From assembly GCA_037134915.1 (NCBI GenBank), contig JBAXLJ010000001.1, positions 165,484 to 229,483 on the forward strand: a stretch of 64,000 bases of DNA. The letters are read 5' to 3'. The notes beneath the pieces are model-generated. The model saw only the letters and a program-made list of their open reading frames with translations. It was not told the origin of the DNA and did not search any database. The DNA is from Candidatus Falkowbacteria bacterium (GTDB lineage Bacteria; Patescibacteriota; Patescibacteriia; Patescibacteriales; UBA12465). Shown here piece after piece: positions 9,506-18,149 of the stretch. The stretch's first letter is position 1; every line of letters begins with the position of its first letter. The position numbers and the translations under genes were made by a program.

Positions 9506-10377
9506 ATTTTATATTTAGCCACATTTTCATCGGCAATTTTTTGAATCATTTTTAAATCTTCATCTTTTAAGTGTGAAAAACGTCCTTGGCCTTTTAAATA
9601 ATCGTTAACCACTACTGGTTTAAAAGTCGCCGTGACACTAGAAGTAATCAATTTCCCATCCAAATATTCTAGTAGCGGATAGAGTCCAGTTTGAGCGGCG
9701 AGTTTTGCCATCATTGCGGCTTCGTCATAATTTATTTTCCAGCCAGGAATACAAGGGCAAAGGATTTGGATATAAGCTGGACCATTTATAGTTAAGGCTT
9801 TTTTTACTTTATTAGTAATATCATCCGGAAAACCGGCGGTGCTTTGAGCGACATATTTAACGCCGTGGGCTAAAGCAATTCCTAGCATATCTTTCTTGCG
9901 GGTTGTAGAGCCGATCGAAGTTAGGCCGTTGGGCGTGGTAGTAGTGGCCGCACCGTAAGGAGTGGCTCCTGAAGCTTGAATACCGGTATTAGAATAAGCT
10001 TCAGTATCAAAACAAATATATAAAATATTTTCGCCGCGTTCCCACATACCGGAAATTAAACCGATTCCGATATCATAAGTACCGCCATCGCCTCCTTGGA
10101 CAATAACTTTAGTTTCAAGGTCTCCCTTCTGTTTTAGGGCTGCCAAAATTCCCGAAGCCACGGAAGCGGCGTTTTCAAATAAAGAATGTATCCAGGGTAA
10201 GCCCCAGGCGCTTTCCGGATAAGAGGTGGTTGTTACCTCTAAACAGCCGGTGGCGTTAGCGATGATCACCTTTTCATTTAAACCCCGCATCACCGCTTGC
10301 GCCGCGGATAGTTCACCACAACCGGCGCAGGCATTGTGTCCGGGGGAAATAAATTTTTTAGTATTTTTATTTATCAT
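9502..10377 (-). CDS. porB: Pyruvate/2-oxoacid:ferredoxin oxidoreductase, beta (TPP-binding) subunit
   Basis: HNACAGCGE cysteine motif and TPP-binding GGDGGTYDIG…FDTEAYSNTG. Overlaps the downstream gene by 4 nt. Confidence 0.85.
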   Translation of the reverse strand: MINKNTKKFISPGHNACAGCGELSAAQAVMRGLNEKVIIANATGCLEVTTTSYPESAWGLPWIHSLFENAASVASGILAALKQKGDLETKVIVQGGDGGTYDIGIGLISGMWERGENILYICFDTEAYSNTGIQASGATPYGAATTTTPNGLTSIGSTTRKKDMLGIALAHGVKYVAQSTAGFPDDITNKVKKALTINGPAYIQILCPCIPGWKINYDEAAMMAKLAAQTGLYPLLEYLDGKLITSSVTATFKPVVVNDYLKGQGRFSHLKDEDLKMIQKIADENVAKYKI

Positions 10378-10386
10378 AAAATATTT

Positions 10387-11415
10387 TTAAGTCTTATTGA
10401 TTCTGGTTCCGTCAGCATTAAATTTGCAACACCACAGGCCTGAGCTACAACTTCTACCGCCTGAACCTCCAACGCAACTTTTCCCGCTTTGGGGGTCATC
10501 TTTATCGCATTTAGAGTAAGGTTCTAAACCACAAGGTTCTTGGTCTTTTCCAGGGCCGTAATAAATCAAACTATTGTAACAATATTGATTGTCATTATAA
10601 AAATCAACAACATTAGTTGGATGGTCGCCATCATTTACATCATTACAATTTATGGTGCCGCCATTGCTGCCATTACACTGACTCAAATTATCACATTTTT
10701 CGGTATTTTGAGTAAAGTTGCAATTGTCTTTATTTGATGAGTAACAATTATTAGTGGTAATTGATTGTCCACTGGAATTAGTGGTGCTAAAAGAGTGAAT
10801 GCAGCAGATTACCGGTTCACAACCGCCTGAAGCATTGGCTACTTTGCTTTCGTCAAAGATACCGCCTTTAGCTCGGCAAGTGTTGCCAGTGGTCATTTCC
10901 GATTTATCACCCTCTAGGCAGCAACCCATCACAGTTTTATTAATCACGATCATTTCTAGGGCCGGCAATTTAACTAAATTAGGGTTAATCGTATTAAGTA
11001 AAAACCAAGAGCCAACTAGTAAGAGTGTACCCAGAAAAACGCCTTCAATAATTTTTTTGGCACTGCCAATTCGACCGCTATCGCCAGCTGAGCTCAGCCA
11101 GATAAGTCCGGCGGCCATGAGCATTAAAACGGCAATAACACCGACAATTGAAAGTCCCCAAGTATAAAAAGAGTTAATATAACGGGCCAGTAAATCGCTG
11201 TGCATGACGGTGTCCCCCGTGGAAGCATTTTTTTGTTCATTGCCGACTACCAGGCCGATGCCTTGTTGAAAATTTGACCCAGGAACACTGACTTGTGGTG
11301 TAAATTGCGGAGCGACGGTTGCGGCTTGCGACTGGCTAGGCACAAATAAACCAAAACCGATAATTAGATAAGCGCTTAGAAAAATAAGCGCCCCAATTTT
11401 TTTAAACTGTTTCAT
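10387..11415 (-). CDS. Secreted cysteine-rich protein with VirB2/TrbC-like pilin domain, inserted between porA and porB
   Basis: A signal peptide (MKQFKKIGALIFLSAYLIIGFGLF) is followed by a pilin-like core paralogous to 8357-9505 (YTWGLSIVGVIAVLMLMAAGLIWLSSAGDSGRIGSAKKIIEGVFLGTLLLVGSWFLLNTINP). The C-terminal half is rich in Cys and Asn. I chose the start at 11415; the ORF track extends to 11454. Confidence 0.6.
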   Translation of the reverse strand: MKQFKKIGALIFLSAYLIIGFGLFVPSQSQAATVAPQFTPQVSVPGSNFQQGIGLVVGNEQKNASTGDTVMHSDLLARYINSFYTWGLSIVGVIAVLMLMAAGLIWLSSAGDSGRIGSAKKIIEGVFLGTLLLVGSWFLLNTINPNLVKLPALEMIVINKTVMGCCLEGDKSEMTTGNTCRAKGGIFDESKVANASGGCEPVICCIHSFSTTNSSGQSITTNNCYSSNKDNCNFTQNTEKCDNLSQCNGSNGGTINCNDVNDGDHPTNVVDFYNDNQYCYNSLIYYGPGKDQEPCGLEPYSKCDKDDPQSGKSCVGGSGGRSCSSGLWCCKFNADGTRINKT

Positions 11416-12550
11416 AGGTTTTGATAATTTTAGAAATTTCTTTTTCAGTAACATCTTGTCCTCCTAGGCCGACAATGTGCGATTTTAATTTTGTTTTTTC
11501 ACCATATAAAGTAACGGCTAAATCGGAGCATAAAGGCGCTTCATGCCCCAAGCCGTAAGCTTTTTCGATAGTGATAACCTGTTTAACTCCTTTTAAAGCC
11601 TGTTTTATGGCTTTTTCAGGAAATGGTCTGTAACAGCGAACTTTAAGTAGCCCGGTAGAATTTTTAACACCATTGTCATCAATTACTTGTTTAATAGTCC
11701 CGGCTACTGAACCCAGAGTTACTAAAACGGTCTTAGGATTTTTGGGGCCGTAATATTCAATTAAACCGTTATCAATTTTAACCGCCGCTTCTTTTTTATC
11801 GGTGGGAAAAATATTTTTCCAACGCTTATATTCGGTTTCAATCAATTTAGCACTGGAGAGTAAATCGTTTTGTAAAGTTCTTCGAAAATCAAAATAATAT
11901 TCTGGCCCCGCAAAGACGCCCATGGTAATCGGGTTTTGGGGGTCTAAAAATTCTCCTTTTTTGGCTTTATAAGTTGGTAAAAATTTAGCGACTAATTTAG
12001 AGCTGGGAATTTCGCAACTTTCATAGGAATGAGTAGTGATAAAACCATCAACATTGACAAACACCGGTAGAGATAAGGACTCGGCAATTTTATAAGCTAA
12101 AACATGTTGGTCAATAGCTTCTTGGTGATTTTCAGCAAAAAGTAATATAGCACCCGCATCTCTCATGCCCATAATATCGGAGTGATCATTCCAGATATTA
12201 ATTGGCGCGGAAACGGCTCGATTAGCCACTGTCATGACCACCGGTAAACGATTGCCGGAAATGTTATAAATTACTTCGGCCATTAATAATAAGCCCTGAG
12301 AACTAGTAGCGCTATAAGTCCGGGCACCAGTGGCGCTGGCTCCTAAAACAATGGAAGCGGCTGCAAATTCACTTTCGGCTCGCACATATTCATAGGGCTC
12401 CTGGCCTTCAGCTTTAAATTTAGCCAAATCCTCAACAATGTGAGTTTGTGGAGTAATTGGATAAGCGCTAACTACGCCTGGCTTAATTGCTTTAATTGTT
12501 AAAGCAATTGCTCGGGATCCTTCAAGTAATTGTTTATTGTTATTTTTCAT
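11402..12550 (-). CDS. porA: Pyruvate/2-oxoacid:ferredoxin oxidoreductase, alpha subunit
   Basis: N-terminus GSRAIALTIKAIKPGVVSAYPITPQT with transketolase-like pyrimidine-binding architecture. Lies in an operon with the gamma, delta and beta subunits. Confidence 0.85.
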   Translation of the reverse strand: MKNNNKQLLEGSRAIALTIKAIKPGVVSAYPITPQTHIVEDLAKFKAEGQEPYEYVRAESEFAAASIVLGASATGARTYSATSSQGLLLMAEVIYNISGNRLPVVMTVANRAVSAPINIWNDHSDIMGMRDAGAILLFAENHQEAIDQHVLAYKIAESLSLPVFVNVDGFITTHSYESCEIPSSKLVAKFLPTYKAKKGEFLDPQNPITMGVFAGPEYYFDFRRTLQNDLLSSAKLIETEYKRWKNIFPTDKKEAAVKIDNGLIEYYGPKNPKTVLVTLGSVAGTIKQVIDDNGVKNSTGLLKVRCYRPFPEKAIKQALKGVKQVITIEKAYGLGHEAPLCSDLAVTLYGEKTKLKSHIVGLGGQDVTEKEISKIIKTYETV

Positions 12551-12552
12551 AC

Positions 12553-12837
12553 TTAAAAATCTTTGACCATTTTAATGGCTTTAACCGGACATTCCTTGGC
12601 ACATAAACCACAGCCTTTGCAATAGTCATAATCTGTCTCGGGTTTTAATTTTCCGGCCATATTTTTTTGGGCCTCCATATTAATACAGGCATCAGGACAT
12701 AGTTTGGCACACAGCGAACAGCCGATGCAGATGTTATAATCAGTTTCTGGCTTATAAACTCGCCAAGAGCCGGTTTTATTATTTAATGAGGAGGCTGGTT
12801 TACTAACTGGTCGCATATATTTTTTCGGTAGCGGCAA
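12553..12837 (-). CDS. porD: Pyruvate/2-oxoacid:ferredoxin oxidoreductase, delta subunit (2x[4Fe-4S] ferredoxin)
   Basis: Two CxxCxxCxxxCP motifs: CIGCSLCAKLCP and CKGCGLCAKECP. Confidence 0.85.
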   Translation of the reverse strand: MPLPKKYMRPVSKPASSLNNKTGSWRVYKPETDYNICIGCSLCAKLCPDACINMEAQKNMAGKLKPETDYDYCKGCGLCAKECPVKAIKMVKDF

Positions 12838-13399
12838 GATTTTTCTGTAAAATATTTGCCCCTTTGGTTGATAATTTATAAGTGATGGCTTTTTTCAGGG
12901 ATTCTAAACTAAACAGCGTCCCGTGTTTAGCTAGAGCGCCCAGGATAACTGTGTTAACGATATTTCGACCGATAAACTCTAGAGCAATTTCGGTGGCCGG
13001 AGTGGTGTAAATATTCTCAATTTTTATTTTTAAGATTTGCTTGTTTGATTTACTAGCTTTTTTAAATTCTTGAAAAATTTCTGCTTGATTTTTAGAAGAG
13101 TTAATTAATATTTTGGTGTTAGCTAGGCAACCGCTGAGAATTCCGGCATCATAAATTAAGCTGTCGTCTTGGATAATTAAGTAATCGGGGTGATAAACTT
13201 GTTCGCGAGTTTTTATCTTATGGTTCGAAATTCTAGCAAAGGCCATAATCGGGGCGCCGCTGCGTTCCACGCCAAAAAAAGGAAAAGCCTGAGATTCTTT
13301 GCCTTCGTAAAAAGCGGCTAGAGCAATGAGTTCGGCAGCGGTCACGACTCCTTGTCCGCCGCGGCCATGAACTCTAGTTTGAATAAGTTGGTGAGTCAT
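12803..13399 (-). CDS. porG: Pyruvate/2-oxoacid:ferredoxin oxidoreductase, gamma subunit
   Basis: The N-terminus RVHGRGGQGVVTAAELIALAA is the conserved gamma-subunit GRGGQG motif. Confidence 0.85.
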   Translation of the reverse strand: MTHQLIQTRVHGRGGQGVVTAAELIALAAFYEGKESQAFPFFGVERSGAPIMAFARISNHKIKTREQVYHPDYLIIQDDSLIYDAGILSGCLANTKILINSSKNQAEIFQEFKKASKSNKQILKIKIENIYTTPATEIALEFIGRNIVNTVILGALAKHGTLFSLESLKKAITYKLSTKGANILQKNLAATEKIYATS

Positions 13400-13401
13400 A
13401 A

Positions 13402-14178
13402 TTAATTTTGGTTAGCAAAGTAGCCATCAAGCAAGGTGAAATAGTCAGCCTCGGGCAGATATCCAGTGAGCAATTTACCATTTAAGAACCAAGAAGGTGT
13501 GCCTTTTAAGCTTAAGGCGTTACCATCGGAAAAGTCAGTGTTTATATTGCTTAAGTATTTTTTGGTGTTATAGCAATTATCAAAAATGGCCGAATCAACG
13601 CCAATGCTGCCAGCTAAACCATCGATCACGTTAGTCAGCTCGGTGCTGGTGCCCTTTAAGATACTTTGATTAGCAAATAATTGATCATGCATTTCCCAAA
13701 ATTTTCCCTGTTCGCCGGCGCAGCGGGCGCTTTCAGCTAATTCCACAGAGTTTTCATGTAGCGGCATATCACGGAAAATTATTTTTACTTTACCCGGGTA
13801 GCGACTGACAATTTTTTTTAAAATCGCGTGGGCTTGTTCGCAATAGGGGCAGGCAAAATCGGAAAATTCGACAATTGTCAGTTGGGCCGTGGCTGGTCCC
13901 ATATAATAATTGGTACCCGGACCGTAAATAGCGGTTTGCAAGGCGGTATCGGAACTTATCTTTTGGTTATAAGCATTTTCGGTTTTTATTCTTTGAAATT
14001 CATCATAAACGTAGAGTCCGGAGATGGTCACAAATATTAATAGTAACCCCAGAGTTATAATAATTGTCAGCCCCCACCATTTTTTGTACCAGGGGCGTAA
14101 TTTTTTTTTATATTGTTCTTTGAGTTCTAAATATTTGGTTCTTTCTTCAAGATTCATGTTACCTAAGTCTAGCGGCAT
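13402..14178 (-). CDS. Membrane-anchored DsbA-family thiol:disulfide oxidoreductase
   Basis: An N-terminal TM helix (WWGLTIIITLGLLLIFVTISGLYVY) is followed by a thioredoxin fold with a CPYC active site (FSDFACPYCEQAH). It is the first gene of the por/pilin operon. Confidence 0.75.
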   Translation of the reverse strand: MPLDLGNMNLEERTKYLELKEQYKKKLRPWYKKWWGLTIIITLGLLLIFVTISGLYVYDEFQRIKTENAYNQKISSDTALQTAIYGPGTNYYMGPATAQLTIVEFSDFACPYCEQAHAILKKIVSRYPGKVKIIFRDMPLHENSVELAESARCAGEQGKFWEMHDQLFANQSILKGTSTELTNVIDGLAGSIGVDSAIFDNCYNTKKYLSNINTDFSDGNALSLKGTPSWFLNGKLLTGYLPEADYFTLLDGYFANQN

Positions 14179-14242
14179 AATTGAATGTTTTAGGTTTTTT
14201 AATTATACTTTCATTATACCTAATTTATGAAAAATTAACACT

Positions 14243-15007
14243 ATGAAAATAATTTCTTGGAATGTAAATGGGATTAGGGCGATCTTAAAAAAGAACTTCT
14301 TAGACTTTCTGGTCGCCGACCGGCCAGATGTCTTATGTTTACAGGAGGTAAAAATTTCTGAAAGTAGTAAAAATGACGCTCAATTGGATTTTCCAGGCTA
14401 CTTGGAATACTGGAACTGTGCTAAAAGGCCAGGTTATAGCGGAACCGCGATTTTAGTTAGAGAAGACAGAGCCCAACCTCTTAAAGTTATAAATGGTTTC
14501 GGCTTTGATAAATTTGATGATGAAGGTCGCACGCAAATTGCTGAATTTGCGGATTTTTATCTGGTAAATTGCTACTTTCCTAATTCTCAGCCTGAACTGT
14601 CTCGCTTAGATTATAAAATTGAATTTAATCAGAGCTTGCAAAAACATCTAAAAAAATTAGAAGCCAAAAAACCAGTAATTATCTGCGGCGATTTTAACGT
14701 GGCTCACTTAGATATTGATTTGGCTCGGCCGAAAGAAAATATTGGTAATCCGGGATTTACTAAAGAAGAGTGCGCTTGGATGACCGATTTTTTGGCTGCT
14801 GGTTTTATTGATACTTATCGAGCCATAAATAAGGATAAGGTGCAATATACCTGGTGGAGTTATCGGGCGGGGGCCAGAAGTCGAAATGTCGGTTGGCGGA
14901 TTGACTATTTTTGTGTCTCTAAAAAACTACTTAAAGCTATTAAAAATGCCGCGATACTTGATAAAATAAGCGGTTCCGATCATTGCCCAGTCGTTTTAGA
15001 GCTTTAG
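14243..15007 (+). CDS. xth: Exodeoxyribonuclease III (AP endonuclease)
   Basis: MKIISWNVNGIRA…DVLCLQE…CGDFNVAH…SDHCPV are canonical Xth/APE1 family motifs. Confidence 0.9.
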   Translation: MKIISWNVNGIRAILKKNFLDFLVADRPDVLCLQEVKISESSKNDAQLDFPGYLEYWNCAKRPGYSGTAILVREDRAQPLKVINGFGFDKFDDEGRTQIAEFADFYLVNCYFPNSQPELSRLDYKIEFNQSLQKHLKKLEAKKPVIICGDFNVAHLDIDLARPKENIGNPGFTKEECAWMTDFLAAGFIDTYRAINKDKVQYTWWSYRAGARSRNVGWRIDYFCVSKKLLKAIKNAAILDKISGSDHCPVVLEL

Positions 15008-15124
15008 ACTGAATATAAATAAAAAATAGCTTTTTTAATTAAAATTTCTATTTTTTTATTGACTTGTTTTTGGCTTATATTTATGTTATGGTTGCTTATG
15101 TAAAAAATAATAATTCGCACTAAT

Positions 15125-16519
15125 ATGTCTTATACCCCTATCAAAGATTTGTATAAAGATTCTCAGTCTTTATATGGTAAAGAACTGGTGGTAGCTGGCT
15201 GGGTCCGCACCGTTCGCTCATCTGGTGATATCGCTTTTTTAGAAATAAACGACGGCACTTTTTTTAAAGGCTTGCAGGTTGTTTTTGATAATAATTTAAG
15301 TAATTTTTCAGAAATCGAAAAGATTATCATTGGTTCTTCTTTAGAAATTAAGGGCGTTTTAACGGAATCGCCAGCCGCCGGACAACCCTTTGAACTCAAG
15401 GCTTCAAGTATTGTTATTTTGGGCACCTCAAATGCCGATTATCCTTTGCAGAAAAAAGGCCATAGTTTTGAATTTCTAAGAACCATCGCTCATTTGCGCG
15501 GTCGCAGTAACACTTTTTCAGCGGTTTTCCGTTTACGTTCCGCGATGAGTTTTGCTATCCATAAATTTTTTCAAGAACAGAATTTTAGCTATATTCAAAC
15601 ACCAATTATATCTTCTAGCGACGCTGAGGGGGCGGGTGAGGTTTTTGGCTTGACTATGCTTGATTTAAACAAGGAGATTCCTAAAAATGAAAGCGGCGAA
15701 GTTGATTACAGCCAAGATTTTTTTGGCAAAAAAACCGGCTTAACCGTTAGCGGGCAACTAGAAGCGGAAACCTTAATTAATGGTTTAAGCAGAGTGTACA
15801 CTTTTGGTCCGGCCTTTCGTGCGGAAAATTCTAACACTACGCGCCACGCTTGTGAATTTTGGATGTTAGAACCGGAGATGGCTTTTGCGGAGTTAAAAGA
15901 TGATATGGATTTAGCCGAGAAACTAATTAAATATTTAATTGCTTATATTTTAAAAGAACTGCCCGAGGAAATGGAATTTTTTAATAAATTTATTGATACT
16001 GGTTTGATTGAAAAATTAAACAATGTTTTAAATTCCGATTTTGTCAGATTAACTTACACGGAGGCGGTTGATTTACTGATTAAGAGTGGCGAAAAATTTA
16101 GTTATCCGGTGGCCTGGGGAATTGATTTGCAAACCGAGCACGAGCGTTATATTACCGAGAAGATTTTTGGTAAACCGGTTTTCTTAACGGATTACCCTAA
16201 AGAAATTAAAGCTTTTTATATGCGCCAAAATGAGGATGGTAAAACGGTCGCGGCCATGGATTTGCTAGTTCCGGGTATCGGTGAAATTATCGGCGGCAGT
16301 CAACGTGAAGAGCGTTATGAATTACTCGAAGCCAGAATTAAGGAGCTTGGCTTAAAAGTTGAGGATTATTGGTGGTACTTAGATTTACGTAAATATGGTT
16401 CAGTAAAACATGCCGGTTTTGGTTTGGGTTTTGAGCGTGCGGTGATGTATTTTTCGGGCATGGCTAATATAAGAGATGTGATTGCCTTTCCGCGGACCCC
16501 TAAAAACGCTGAATTTTAA
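15125..16519 (+). CDS. asnS: Asparagine--tRNA ligase
   Basis: An N-terminal OB fold ([22 protein letters not shown]) is followed by class II motifs [24 protein letters not shown] and [12 protein letters not shown]. Confidence 0.9.
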   Translation: MSYTPIKDLYKDSQSLYGKELVVAGWVRTVRSSGDIAFLEINDGTFFKGLQVVFDNNLSNFSEIEKIIIGSSLEIKGVLTESPAAGQPFELKASSIVILGTSNADYPLQKKGHSFEFLRTIAHLRGRSNTFSAVFRLRSAMSFAIHKFFQEQNFSYIQTPIISSSDAEGAGEVFGLTMLDLNKEIPKNESGEVDYSQDFFGKKTGLTVSGQLEAETLINGLSRVYTFGPAFRAENSNTTRHACEFWMLEPEMAFAELKDDMDLAEKLIKYLIAYILKELPEEMEFFNKFIDTGLIEKLNNVLNSDFVRLTYTEAVDLLIKSGEKFSYPVAWGIDLQTEHERYITEKIFGKPVFLTDYPKEIKAFYMRQNEDGKTVAAMDLLVPGIGEIIGGSQREERYELLEARIKELGLKVEDYWWYLDLRKYGSVKHAGFGLGFERAVMYFSGMANIRDVIAFPRTPKNAEF

Positions 16520-16530
16520 AGAATAGATTA

Positions 16531-16565
16531 ATAAAGTAGGTAATTTACACCTACTTTATTATTAG
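16531..16565 (+). terminator. Hairpin terminator after asnS
   Basis: taaagtaggt-aatttac-acctacttta is a perfect 10-bp stem followed by a T-rich tail. Confidence 0.5.
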
Positions 16566-16587
16566 ATATAAATTAAATTAAAATAAA

Positions 16588-17430
16588 ATGACCTTAGCTC
16601 AGAAGACAATTGAATTGTGCAAGATGTTCGAAATTAAACCAAGTCGCAGTAAAGGTCAAAATTTTTTGATTAACGAAAAAATTTACGATGAAATCGTTGA
16701 GGCGGCGTCTATAAATTCGGAAGATACGGTTTTAGAAGTTGGTCCGGGACTAGGTTTTTTAACAGCTAAATTAGCTAAAGTGGCTAAACAGGTAGTGGCC
16801 GTGGAGCTTGACGATAAATTAGCTAATTTCTTGCAGATTGGACTTGATTCTCAAGATGTAACTAATGTCTCCGTGGTTAATCAGGATGTTTTAAAATTTA
16901 ATCCGACTGATTTACCAAAAAATTACAAAGTGGTAGCTAATTTACCTTACAATATTACCTCAATTTTTTTAAGAACTTTTTTGAATCAAAAAAATCGACC
17001 GCAGTCTTTAGTTTTAATGTTACAGAAAGAAGTGGCGGAGCGTTTAGTTGCTCAACCAGGAGATATGAGCATGCTAGCTCTATCAGTTCAATTCTTCGGG
17101 GATGTTGAAATTATCAGGGAAGTTAAAGCGGGGAACTTTTGGCCGGAACCAAAAATTGATAGCGCGGTTATTCGTCTAATTATTCGAGAAACTAAGCGCG
17201 GCGATATTTCAGTTGACGAAGAAAAAGCTTTTTTTCGTTTAGCTAAATTTGGTTTCAGTGCTAAACGAAAAATGTTAAAAAATAATTTGGCCTCAGGCCT
17301 TAAAATATCCAATCTTCAAGCCGAAAAATTATTAGAGAGTGTCGGTCTAGATGCTAAAGTTCGAGCAGAAGATTTAAGCGTTGATAATTGGCAGAAATTA
17401 TTTGCGGCCGCGCGTCCCTCTGTGTTATAA
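16588..17430 (+). CDS. rsmA: 16S rRNA (adenine1518/1519-N6)-dimethyltransferase RsmA/KsgA
   Basis: KSRSKGQNFL and VLEVGPGLGFLT SAM-binding motifs, plus NLPYNI. Confidence 0.9.
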   Translation: MTLAQKTIELCKMFEIKPSRSKGQNFLINEKIYDEIVEAASINSEDTVLEVGPGLGFLTAKLAKVAKQVVAVELDDKLANFLQIGLDSQDVTNVSVVNQDVLKFNPTDLPKNYKVVANLPYNITSIFLRTFLNQKNRPQSLVLMLQKEVAERLVAQPGDMSMLALSVQFFGDVEIIREVKAGNFWPEPKIDSAVIRLIIRETKRGDISVDEEKAFFRLAKFGFSAKRKMLKNNLASGLKISNLQAEKLLESVGLDAKVRAEDLSVDNWQKLFAAARPSVL

Positions 17431-17460
17431 TTGAAGCGTTATCAAAGACTAAAAAAAATT

Positions 17461-18135
17461 ATGAATGGCAGCACTAACGGTCGGTCTTTTTCTTCCTTAC
17501 CGCGTCCTCAAAGGACCGCGGTTGTTGTTTTAGGAATCCTTGCTTTAGTGATTTTAGGTGTTTGGTTCTGGCAGTTTAATATGCGCCTTAATAGTCCTTT
17601 CCGTCCGACAGACAGTGAAATTGCTTTGGGCGAGAAAGTCGCTCAAGATAAAATTAAAGCTGACAATGCCCTTAAAACACTGGACTCAGATGGCGATGGT
17701 TTATCTGATTATGATGAAATAAATATTTATAAAACCTCCCCTTATTTAGAGGATACTGATGGCGATGGTATTTCTGATTTTCAAGAAGTTAAAAATGGCA
17801 CCGATCCTCTTTGTGCCGCTGGTACTGATTGTAGTGTGACTCAAGATTCTACAACCGCTAAAGCGTCGACTTCAACTTTGGCTACTTCAACTAGCCCGGC
17901 GGAAAATGTTGATCAAACCCTTCTGATTAAGGCTTTAAGTGGTCAGGGGGACGCTGATACTATGCGGCAAATTTTACTTCAAGGTGGTGCTAATCCGGAC
18001 CAGGTTAAGCTTTTAACCGATCAAGATTTAATGGATATGTATAAAGAAGTTTTAAAGGCGCAAAATCCAGATTTAATTATTAGTACTAGCACTGAATCTT
18101 TAAATGCCACCACTTCTTCTAATGTTAATCAATAA
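17461..18135 (+). CDS. Membrane-anchored protein with thrombospondin type-3-like calcium-binding repeats
   Basis: A TM helix (AVVVLGILALVILGVWFWQF) is followed by DSDGDGLSDYDE and DTDGDGISDFQE (DxDxDG repeats). I prefer ATG 17461 to the TTG at 17431. The gene ends 14 nt before the giant gene. Confidence 0.6.
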   Translation: MNGSTNGRSFSSLPRPQRTAVVVLGILALVILGVWFWQFNMRLNSPFRPTDSEIALGEKVAQDKIKADNALKTLDSDGDGLSDYDEINIYKTSPYLEDTDGDGISDFQEVKNGTDPLCAAGTDCSVTQDSTTAKASTSTLATSTSPAENVDQTLLIKALSGQGDADTMRQILLQGGANPDQVKLLTDQDLMDMYKEVLKAQNPDLIISTSTESLNATTSSNVNQ

Positions 18136-18149
18136 AAAAGGGATAACAT

